The notes below the pieces were generated by a model that was given only the letters and a program-made list of their open reading frames with translations, was not told the DNA's origin and made no database searches. Shown here in pieces: positions 44,601 to 56,600 of a DNA stretch of 64,000 bases. Both the position numbers and the translations under genes were made by a program. Source of the DNA: Orbicella franksi. Its lineage: Eukaryota. The DNA is taken from positions 26,040,001 to 26,104,000 of the forward strand of contig OZ116703.1 of the NCBI GenBank assembly GCA_964199315.1. Direction: 5' to 3'. Every line of letters begins with the position of its first letter. Positions within the stretch are counted from its first letter, which is position 1.

Positions 44601-47600
44601 ATAATTCCCTGGTGCTAAGCTACATGACTGGCCTGCGAGAAGTTTGAAATTGTCGTAATCACAAGCAATGTAATACGTGACATTGTAGCGTGTCTCATTC
44701 ATGATAACGTAAATCGTTTCGTTTGGAGATATAGCCACTGACACGTTCTTGAAGACTAAGTAAGACTCGTTTCGTTTGTTGAAAATGTGCTTGCCCACAC
44801 CACAAGGGTTATATAAGGTCTTTGACGCTACTTCAACAACTTCGTATCCATGAGGGCAGTCTGGCCTGTTAAGAGAAGGTCCGTTAGTATGTTGTATTCG
44901 TTCTTCCGTAGTCACAGGAATGCCAGATGCAAGATTAGCTCCGTAGTCAAGCTGCAAAAGATCACTCTTCAGTTTTACTTTGTTTGGTGAAGATGTAGTC
45001 ATGCTTCCACCATCTTTGATACGTACTGAGGTAAATTGTACAGTAGACATGCCTTGTTGAGGTGTTATCCTAAAACCAGTATGTCCAGGATATTTAAGAA
45101 CAAGTCTTCCGTTATTTGTGATCGTCAAATCTGAGACACCAACAAGGCTGCCACTAAGGTTTATCTCTGTATCACTGGCAATGAAGAAATTTGACGGCAC
45201 GGAGAGCGTTCCACCATCTTTAATTTCCACATTAAAATCAAGTTCCATAGTAGATTGAGCTACACCTGTAACGCCAATGTAAACATCGTGACCTGGCTTT
45301 ACGACAAGCCACGCTGTTCTGTCCCCTACGATTGTCTTAGTAATCAGCGTCATAGGACTTCCCTGCGGGCATGAAATCATTGAAAGTGTACTGGATTTAA
45401 GTAGCCTTATCTCATCAAAAGTAAAGTCAATAAGCTTTGGATCACAAATAAGTGAGCTTTCCGTATTGAGAGCCAAAACACTTCTTCCTTCTAAGATAAG
45501 TTCCGAATGTTCCATTTGCGACTCTGTTTTCTTCAAATACAGGAAACCAGAAGCACCGATGTTCTTGCCACCGCCACCATGGACCTTGTATGAGAACTGA
45601 AGCGATGATGTCTTGTAGTAAATTGCTACTATACCACCACTTCCTCCTCCTCCTGAACTGGACCCTCCGTCTCCGCCATGAACGTCAAAGGAACCGGTTC
45701 CTTCCACAGTACTGGCATTGATAAACAGACTGCCACCTGCACCGCCACCACCTTCACTATGCTTCGAATTCTCGCCCCTAGTCAAAGAGAACAAATAGTA
45801 AAGTGAACCATGTTGCTAGCAAGTCATACTACCACTTCTAAAATAAATGATGTTCATCCCTTACGGAAGTAGGAAAACAACAGACATGAATAAAGAGACG
45901 GCAGAGAACAACTTGGTTCCGTCATAAACACAATTCCTAATATAAAAGTAACATATAAAAGTTCTTACCTTGAAGTGATGTGTCCTTCAAGTTGGAGCGT
46001 CCCGATGATCGTCAGATTTAGAATCCCACCTCCAAACCCACTAGTACAACTTGAGGAAGATCGACCGGCATATCCAGCTTTCCCAAATGCCACAGGACGA
46101 AATACTGAACCAAATGGGTCCTCCCGCTTGCCCCCTGAGGACTCTCCAAGAAATCCAAATCCTCCATAGCCAGCATGACTGCCTCCTGAGCCAGCATAGT
46201 AAACGTCTGTAGCTGGACAACTCTCTCCTCTAGCATCCAAGTTAATCAGTGCCGATTCATCCACCGTCACAGTCTGTGCAACGATTGCGACATCGCGTCC
46301 GGTGAGGATCCCTCCTGAGTTTATGACAAGAGAATCCATCTCCAGCGAATACTTGGTGTTGGTCGCAACCATGTCTAAGAAGCCTTGACTCATAATCGTC
46401 ACGGTTTCAAACTTGAAGTGCGTTGCTTGCAGAGAGCCGGTGATAAATGCTCCAGAACCGGCTCCAAACGTAACGCTGCACTGAGAAATTGTCAGGTCCT
46501 TAACGCCGATGAGATATCCAGCATTTAGAGACAACGAGTTCTTGTGAAGCATGACCCTATCAGGAAGCTGAATGTAGCCTGATTGATAAACCTTTAAGTT
46601 AACTGGAATGTAGTAGTCTGTGTTCGGTATTGTTACAAGCTGTCGCGGTCCAACGTGGAGGAAGCCAAAACTGTCTCCTTCAAAAGTACCATAAAAGCGT
46701 CTGAACGTGTGCAGACGAGTCAAACTTGAGTCAGGCTCAATGGCAAGGTGTGCTGATCCACCCAACTTCACTTCGTCAATTGTAAGGCCTTCGTATATGA
46801 TGGGTCCCACATCTATGTCCTGAACAGCAGCTGGTACCGGCGAGCCAACAATATGACTTAAAGTCAACCACGTCCTCGCGCTGTCACTCGCCAAGTGGGA
46901 ATAGTCCTCAATTGTCTCTTTGGACGGCTTACTGCCTTGATTGTAAACTTCAAGGACACTATAACCTTTGCTTTCGTCCATCTTGTAAATCGTTCCAGCC
47001 GCTCCTGTCTCAATGGTTGAGGCCCCTCCGTAAGCAGAGATGATTCCGGAGAAGAATGTTGAGTTGTAATGAATAGCAATTCTTCCGCCACTACCTCCAC
47101 CACCAGCATCGCCTCCACCTGTACCTCCATTCGCTTGGATTACACCTGATCCGTCGAAACTTCCTGCCTCGATGAAAACGCTGCCTCCGCTTCCTCCACC
47201 GTAATCTGAGTTAGTTAAAGCATCTTTGCCATTAACTGTTATTTGTCCATCGTGAAGCATCTGTTGAGCAGTGATATGGATGACACCTCCACCGGTTGCT
47301 ATACTATTACCGCTTCCTCCACCACCAGAGCTACCAAACGCCTGGGGCCTTGAGAAGTCTCCATAGAAAGCGCCGGTACGAGTTTGAGATTTGCCTCTAC
47401 CTCCACGACCACCATGACCGGCCCCTGACGATCCACTATAATGCGAAGATCCAGCTCCAGGACCTGACCCTGCTACTGTAGCCTGAAAAGAAAAGTATTC
47501 ATGCATAACAATCGCGAACTTTAACAACGTCAAGTGGCCTCGAGTATCTTAGGTCAATTCCCGAAAATCCATGACATATTAAACTATTATGTTTTAAGTG

Positions 47601-50600
47601 TTAACACGAGTGGAAAAATAAGTGGAAAAGCCTGGAAAACAATGTAAGGACTAGATGCTTAACAAATATTACTAACAGCTAAAAAAGTGTCAATTAAAAA
47701 TTACGTTAATACCGAACGTGTATTACGCGTCAGAAGTTTGACAGTTGTTTGCTCAATTTATAATTTGTAGCTCACGCTGCCCTTCACAAAACTCCAGTTT
47801 AACGTGATTGCCCACTGGTTTGGTATAAATAGCCTACTCGCGAATCTGACAACTCAAGACCCAAAACCAGAGATGTACACTTCTAGCAGTATTATACGTC
47901 TGATCTTACCTTATAGTCCAGGTCAATAACTCCCGATTGCTCGATTGTTACCGTGTCGGCTACAACCGAAAGTCGGTCAGCGATAAGAACTCCACCACTG
48001 CGTATCCACAAGGTTGAGCATGTTATTGAGAGGCCTTCTTTATCACTTTGTATTTCGATACTGCCGCCACCCTGGATCTCGATCACGTCGAATGATAAGT
48101 CTCTGGACGATTGGTTATTTGAAGCAATAAGCTGCCTAAAAAATGAAATTGCATGATATATTGAGGCTATTTAGCACATTTAAAAAAGCTGGATAGAAAC
48201 AGGTGTTTTTGAGGTGTGAAATGACGGCATTACCAGCATACCCTATCCAAGACGGAACAGAAGCGTAAAGGTAATTATTGATGGAAAACATTTTCAAAGT
48301 TTTATCGATGCAGGGGCTTAGCTCAAGGTATGCTGTGCTGCTTAGCTCAACGACGAGTACCCCAAAATAACTTCGTTTAGAAGTTTATGTATGTTGCCAC
48401 TGAAATGACGTTGATTGAGTGTTCGGGTTTGTAATCACACAATACTACCTTAAAAGGGCAAAAGCAGTTTCTTTACTGCTTACCTGAGAATTAGTTTTCC
48501 TTTATTTCCCACTGTCACACTTTGAGCGCCGCTCAAACTTCCTGCCACGATCATCTTTATCCCGTCCACAACCAGCTTATGAGGTAACTTGAGATCACCT
48601 CTTGGATACACGTTGACACCCCACAGCAGCTCGGGCTGTTGTCCCTGGTTGTCCGATAGCGTCATCTGCAACTCTTGATTGGATCTGACGTGCACAATTC
48701 CCGACCGGTCACCACGAATACCTCTGATGTCCCACCGAACAGGTGAGCCAGGTGGAGTTGTAAGCACGGCTAGCTGCGATTGGCCTCGAATATCAACCTC
48801 ATCAAATGACATCGCTGTTGTGTTGGGTTCTGGTGTCAGCCATGTCCGACCTCCATCATGATCGACGTCTACGATGTCATCTGTCAAAGGAGAACCTATG
48901 TTGTTGTTGTCCACTATAAGTTGCTCGTAGTTTCGGAACTTGTTATGGAGATATATTGTTCCGGCACCTCCTGCTTCTTTGTTACCTGCTCCGCCAAAGG
49001 CCTCTATGTTGCCACTGAAAGTACGGTTGTCAAAATAAACTGATATTCGTCCACCACCCCCTCCGCCACTGCTTGAGAACAGTCCGCTTCCACCAGAGAC
49101 TCTGATAACTCCATTTCCTTTGAAGCTCTTAGACGATATCCAAATACTACCTCCGCTAGCGCCTCCGGTAGTTTCGTTGTGCCCATCCTCAGCATTTGCA
49201 CCAACTAAGCCATCTATAGTAACAGATCCCCTTGCCGCTAGTCTGATTACCCCGCCCCCAGCTGCCAACGTACTTCCACTTCCATGGGAGAGAGGTTCAT
49301 AAAGGGAGCCATAGGAGTAGCCTGGGGATGAACCCAAGCCACCCAACCCTCCGCGGCCTCCGTGACCAGCGCCAGCAGAGCCTAACGGGTATCAAAGAAG
49401 TGTATGTAAGAGAAAAATTAACGATGAATTGGTCTGCTCTCAGCCAATCATAATATACGAAATATTAGTCTCGGCCAAATAATAAATGAATTAATAAGCG
49501 CGAGTGAGTGAAGGAGTAACTGAATGACTTCAAGAACCACCGGGCTAGCAACGAAAATAAATTAAATATGAATGAAAGAAACCAGAAATGCACCTTATTA
49601 GCGCAACGTCCGAAGGACAAAGCACTATTGGGTTTAGAATATTGGGAAAGGTTCTTCAAGTGAACGAAATGCTAGTTCCTGATCGAAAACATGGCCTTCA
49701 GATGTCAATATTTTTCCCACTTGGACACAATATGACGACATACCATAACAGAAACCTTCGTGTAGGGGTGGATGACGGAGCATGTGAACTCCCTCATAGG
49801 GTAGTTGAGGCAAGTGGCCTTTTGAAAATACTAAGAAATTGCCTTTTTTCCACTCCCTAGAGAAGTTTTTGGTACTTATTCTGTTCGACATTTGCACATT
49901 CTAGGAGGTAGTAGAGCGTTAGGTTTTGATCGCAGCATCCAAAACAAACATGGCGTCGGTATCGTGGTTTTCTACTAGACGGTAAAATTCCGTCCTTACA
50001 ATCAAAACACACCTTTAAAGAGTTCGAAACGGTAAGGAATAAGCATCAAGAAGACTCGACCGATGGTAAAGAGGATAATAATGGCTTAGGAACAATGATA
50101 TCGGGTTGCAAGAAGGTCTGAATCAAAGGTCTTCCTGAAAACCGCGCTACGGAACACTGCGGACAGGAATTGACTTTCTCGTCCACGGTATGGAAATATC
50201 TGTCGCTAGTTCAACCAGATGTATCGCTTATTAAATTAACATTCTCCTCTTCTAGATAAGAGGATAACCTAGATAAACATATTCGTTCCCAACAGACCGT
50301 CCAGATGGGCAACAAGGTACATGGATAACTTACTGAATATATCCAAATCACTATTTTTCATGAACACGATGTTTTTGTCGTTCACCTATTTATTATTACG
50401 CAGCCTCATAGATATTAGCCGTATTGCTGCCATTAAGTGAAGCTTGATAACTTCGCACTTTCCGTTCTGAACCGCTCGTTTTCTGACAGAGATGAATTCT
50501 GATGGAAAAGTAGACGAAACGAAAGGCAAATTATCCTGTAGATACAGAAAGGCAGCAGTGAGAAGCACCATAGTATTTTCACGCTACATGCAAATGGCGA

Positions 50601-53600
50601 ACATATAATAAACATAAACAACAGCAGTTGATCTACCTGATGATAATCCGGGTCCGCTTCTCGCCGCATAGCCTCGTTTCTCTGCATTAATATTACCAGA
50701 GGCCTCCACCTCAATATCACCAGCACTGATGTTAATCCATTTCCCTTGTATCAGGCCCCCTGCCATCACTCTCAAGCTCTCATTCAGCAACAGGTTGACT
50801 GTAGGTGAGTCTATGACAGTGTCAGCGGCTGTGAGCTTCGCGCCATTCATGACGGTCATGGAGTTTAAGTGGATGGTCTTCTTACTGAAGCCCTCTGTAT
50901 GACCCTAAAAATGGTGGGTAGATCATGGCATTAACTATCAAAGTGTAGCAAGAAAAACAAAATNNNNNNNNNNNNNNNNNNNNNNNNNNNNNNNNNNNNN
51001 NNNNNNNNNNNNNNNNNNNNNNNNNNNNNNNNNNNNNNNNNNNNNNNNNNNNNNNNNNNNNNNNNNNNNNNNNNNNNNNNNNNNNNNNNNNNNNNNNNNN
51101 NNNNNNAATTAATTTTGAGATTTAACGTCCACGTTTTTAACACTTTTTAAGTCGTTGAGTGTTCAAGTACCTGAGCAGTTACTACAAATTCTGCACCTCC
51201 ACCGATGGTCAAGTTATCCATGCCGCTAATCATTCCTTCCAGTGAAATCCTGGGATAAAACAAGTCTTTAAGTAGAACGTCACGAGGCAGATGAATGAAT
51301 CCTCCCTTGTACACGTGGAAACCTGACGGGAAAAGCCTGGGAGCGTAGTTGATGTACACCCTGTCTCTCCCTGACACGTGGATCATACCGCCAAGGTCAC
51401 CTTCAAGTCGCTCTACATTAAGTGTAAACGCAAAGTTATTGAGATGATAGATAGCAAAATGACTTCCACCGCGCAACTGTAACAGATTGATAGTAAACTC
51501 GCCCATGAAACCCGCAAGGAGCCAGGCTCTTCCACCATCGTTGGATATATCTCTGTAATCCGATATATACGGCTTGGTTGCTCGATAGCCATTGTTGTCG
51601 ATAATCATGGTCTTGTGTGTCGAGTTTTTAGCCAGGAAAACCGTTCCAGGACCCCCAGCTTCACTCCGGCTCGCTCCACCGTGAGCTGAGAACGCGCCAC
51701 CGAATCTTGTACTCTCGTAATGCACAGCAATGCGGCCACCAGCTCCTCCACCAGCATCTCCAAACAACGCAGGGGCAACCTCACCACCATCTGCCATTAT
51801 CTTGCCTTTACCAAGAAACAGTGTTGACTGGATAAGGACGCTGCCACCACTTCCTCCACCGGTGCCTGGATTGACAGCTCTCTCTGCTGACACGTCAAGG
51901 AGCCCATCAACTTGAGCAATGTGTGAGGCACTGAGTTTGATGGCTCCACCTCCTGAACTGCCGGGCTAATGACACAAAAACAATGAAACAACGAATCTCG
52001 AAAATCAAGGAGATTTCCAGACTAACTATAGGGTATGCACGTGTACTATAGTGGAGATGTATCACAAATAGTGGTGAGCTAAGTTTCCACGCGTTAGCCC
52101 TGATTTTGTTACAGAAGCACGTTTTAGAACATGTTAACGCTCAAAACATCCGGTGTTATCTAGTAACGTTTTACCAAGTCATGATGAGTAGGTTTGGATC
52201 TGCTCCTAAATGTCTTAACCAATCAGAGTTTTATTTAATCAATTTATTCTTCAGATTGGAAGTCAGTAAATAAGCCATTTCCGAGTTACCCTGTGCCTCT
52301 CTTTCAAAACGAGTCTTCGTGCAAAACCTTTCATATGATAATGAGTTTGATTTACATGGAAATGAACCTGTAGACGGAACACATTTTCTTATGAATGGTT
52401 TCGCACAGACTCGTTTTGACACATAGGAAATGGCCTGTTCAAGATGGATGTCATGATGCAACAACAAACGTCGAAAGAACAGTGGTTATAATAAGCCCGT
52501 GGTTTTCTTTCTATTTCAACTAGAATTGAAGAAGACTCAGTCTTACCAAATCCTGATGCCCTCGTCCTCCACCACTTCCAAAATTGAGTGGCAGGTCAAA
52601 CGAGCCGTACGCCTTGCCAACCAGCGGCTGATTAGAGCTTCTTCCGCCAGCCCCTCCGTGGCCAGCTCCAGAAGCAATAGCAGATTGACGACCTGCACCA
52701 AGACCACTCATCGAGGCAAATCCTCGGCCTCGAGCCGTGAGAACACCACCAATGTCAATGAAGATGTTATGGGACTGCAGATGAACTTGGCTGACATCCA
52801 TTGATGCGCCTGCGTTGATGATAATCTCCCCTGTGAGGTTTACAGTTAATTTTGCAGGCTCAGTGGTCCGCTGGTAAAATTTTCCTCCGTTTAGGATGGT
52901 GATACGATCCAATAGCACGGTTGCTTTCGAGAGAGAGTTGACCTGCGCGTCTTGCGTGACATCAAAGCGACTGTCGTGTGAGATTATGAGGTTTGCAAGT
53001 CCAACCAGCTCCGACTCGGCGTAAATAGACGATTTTTGGAGATACACTTCACGTGGGAGGAAAACTTTTGACCCCTAAAATGATTATAAAAACGATTGGT
53101 TACAACCAACCGTACAGAAAAGAGAGCCGCTCCCAGTTTGCAAATTATAGATATATTTAGAAGGTATTCCATTCACAACAACGCAAATAACGCATAAGAA
53201 CTCAGGGCAGGAAAAAACCCGGGTCCGATTGCCCGGGTCAAGTTAATTTTGCTCGTGCCCAAGTGAAAATAGAAGCTCAGTGGCCCAGTGAGCTCCAGTG
53301 GGGAAAGTGAAATTCGCCTCAGTAGTCTTGTGAGTCTGAATAAAAATGTCAAATCAGAAGCTGTTTCAAAACTTAAGACTGCTAGATTAGTAAACCATTA
53401 GGTTGAAAGCATGGATTACTTAGGAATCCACCACATCGCCAAATAACATTTAAGTGGGGGCAAGTGGTCGGGCAAGTGAAAAATGAAATTTACTGGTCCA
53501 CTGGTCAAGTAGATTTCTATTTTTCTTTCTGCCCTGAGAACTTGATGTCCCTTTTCTTATACTTGAAAATGACACCTTTTTTGTCAAGGCGCCTGTCAAC

Positions 53601-56600
53601 TCCAGAAGAGGAAGGGAACTTAGGGGACCTAAAGGGGACATGCTGTTTTATAAGGGATGAACACACTAATTTTTATAAATGTCAAAGAAAACATGAAAAC
53701 AACGGTTTTCCACGCAGTGGAAAAGCACCAAAGAAGACGATGAAGGTGGTTAAGATTGAGGATGTTTTAGACGGATTACAAATCACGAGCTTGGGAAGTA
53801 TAGCCTGTGTTTCACGACTCGCGCCCCGGCCCAAACAGGAGATGCTCCTCGTAAGCTAGCGAACGTACTTGTTAGGCAAGACAGAAAATCTGATATAGTT
53901 CCTATAAGATGACCTGAAAGAAGCCGGCGCCAAATAAGCAATACACATATGGCTTAAAATAACCAAACAAACAGAAAATGTCATACGAGTTACGTGAAAT
54001 AAACTTTCACCTGGTACGTTCTCAGTGTGAAAGGAATCACCGAGTTGGCGCTAGCGTTCAGAAAGACACTCTGTGCTCCACCCACTTGAAGTGTAGCAGT
54101 AAAATCTCCCTTGTACTCATTCACCAAGAGCTCTACACTACCAGCTTTGTTCTGAACGCCGAGGTGAGCGTGTCCGCGGATATCTAGCTCGTCAACTTCG
54201 AATGTCGTTAGTCTGGGATCGTTGAACACCAGCCACGTCCTCGAGCTGTCTTGTTCGAGAGTGGTCGCATGAAAAGACGAGGTTTCGCGTCCGACGAAGA
54301 CCTTAACCTCGCTCAAGGCAACGTGGGATTCAAGCCGCGTCAAGGTTAATGTAAACTCCGAAATGGTGTCTTCCATGAATACATCATTGTAAACAGAAGT
54401 ATCATAACAGCCTGCAAATGATCTGGGACCTTTGGTTCCCAGGGTAGCGTGCTTTGCAGTCAGCTGGAAACTGACGCGGTAGTCTTGATGACAATACTGA
54501 AAGGAAACAAATAAAGTAAGTCGGTCTCAACGGGACTGTATATCCTTCAGTCAGATACTGAACTCTTAAATGTAGTATAACAATTATCTTTCTGAGTGGG
54601 AAGGGAGTAAGGCTGAATGTTGTTAATTTTTTGGCGAATAACTTCGTAAATGTCTCTTCTACTACGTTGGAAGTAAAATAGTGTCGTAGTAGATACTCTG
54701 AAACGATTTTAACTTTTACAAGAATGTGCACTCCCAAGGTAATCAACCTACAAACGCTGTTCATAACTTAAATTGTTTTCAGAATAAATGAGAACTAAGT
54801 TTCTACCTTGGGCATGTTTTAGCTAGTTCTTTCTTAGCCTCGGCTTTCTTATTAACAGAAAAATGCTCGTTGTAAAAAGGTAGCGCAACTTCCTTGATTG
54901 ATTGTCAAATATTTTCTCTACATATCAACAAAATATCTCCTTTACTTTCTAAACAATGGTTTGATGATGTCTGAAATTATATTGTCAATCAAACGTAGAA
55001 GTTAAGGAATAAAAGCAAATAACAGAGAGCAATATAACGCGAAAAGCCTTAAAAGGTAAACAAAATTGCTAAGGACAGAGGAGTGTTTATTTTTTTCTCC
55101 AGCTTCTCAGCGGCCCGGAATCCAAAATCCTTGAATCTGATAAGCTAATCGCCCGCGCTCCTGCGGTCTAGATTTTCCCATCCGGACCCTGGTTACGGAT
55201 CGCTCCGAGATTTCCAGCTTTGGAAACTTTTCAAGCCTTTTGTTAAAACGTAAAACAACGTAAAATATAAACAGTCAACACAGAGTCAAAAAACACGTTA
55301 TTTGCCGACCTTGGTCGGTCCACAATGGGAAAAGCTGTGCCCTCGGGTCGTACTCAAGATCTCGGGTACAGATTTTTCCATACGGACTTTCCGGCCGGTA
55401 AAATAACATGTATGTACTACATACGGGATAAATTCTTATGTGATGAATGAACATGTTCCTTGGTAGGCTGACAGTGATCACCACATTCGTGTAGGAAGAT
55501 GTCACTATGTAAGCATTCTTAAGATTTCCGTCACACAGCCGTGACAGGGAGTAGTAATGAGGGTTAGGGTTGGACCCCTCATGGTAGGACTGCGTGACGC
55601 CACTGGATGAAAGCCTCAGTCCGCTTATGCTGGTGTAGACCGTCGAGTAGCTATGTAACATAGATCCTGGATAAAGTTTTATCTCTTCAACCTGTAGTAT
55701 AAGAAAAAAATCTATCAGGTTGTAGAATCATGAGTTGCAAGAGGCAATATGAAGACTCCTTAATATTTGGCCGCTTAATTAGCGTTTCTCCCTAATAGTA
55801 CAGTGAAGATAAATAAATAAATAAATAAAACAAACAAATATACATTTATATAGCGCCAATTTCCACTAATTGTCCATGGCGCTTTACAATACTCTAAAAT
55901 TAAAATCCTAAGTTTAAAATCCTAAAATTAAAATCCTAATCCAAATCAAATGCACGCTTAAAAAGATAAGTCTTAAGATTAGCCTTAAAAACTGCCTCTG
56001 ATGATGAAAGTCTGATCTGGAGGGATAGTGGGTTCCAGAGCCTTGGTGCCGCCACGAAAAAAGCACTTTCACCATACGTTTTAAGATTTGCTCTAGGCTC
56101 ATCAAGCAACCTGTTGTTTGAAGATCTTGTAGGACCGACCAGATGTGACCCCGCTCCTACCCTCCCCTTGCTCTTTTGACGGGAAGAACGGAAAAGGAAG
56201 CCTACCCTTAAGGCAATCATTGCGTTAGCCTTTTACACTGAAGAAAGGACAACGTGTTTTAGCTCATTATTTTCTGCTTGCTCCGTAAGACGAACGTGTG
56301 AAACGTCGATGAGTAAGTTATTCGCTGGTTATCCAAAAACGGCGGTTAATTCACCAAGGGTAGGGGCCAAAACCCGTAGGAATTTAAGCACACCTTTACA
56401 CGCCAATCCTATCATCGACATGATCAACAACACAAAACCAAAATTACTCTCTTAGAAGTCAACACGAACATGGCGAGTTAAACCATTGCGTCAACGCAAC
56501 GATATCTTTTTCAGAATACCTGCCAAGTTCTCAAGCTGATGTGTGGAAAAAGTAATAACGCACTTAAAGAAGCATACGTCACGGTTTGCACATCTTAAAA

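Noticed and set aside
49400-50600. GC-richer intronic tracts (also 32340-32720, 56230-56640, 61500-61640) that may be repeat remnants
   Set aside because: I could not define termini, a target duplication or coding similarity by eye; they need RepeatMasker or BLASTN.
50964-51106. 71-aa ORF spanning the N run and possible hidden exon
   Set aside because: The ORF is an artefact of Ns; exons 10 and 11 join in phase 0 and the unit pattern is continuous.
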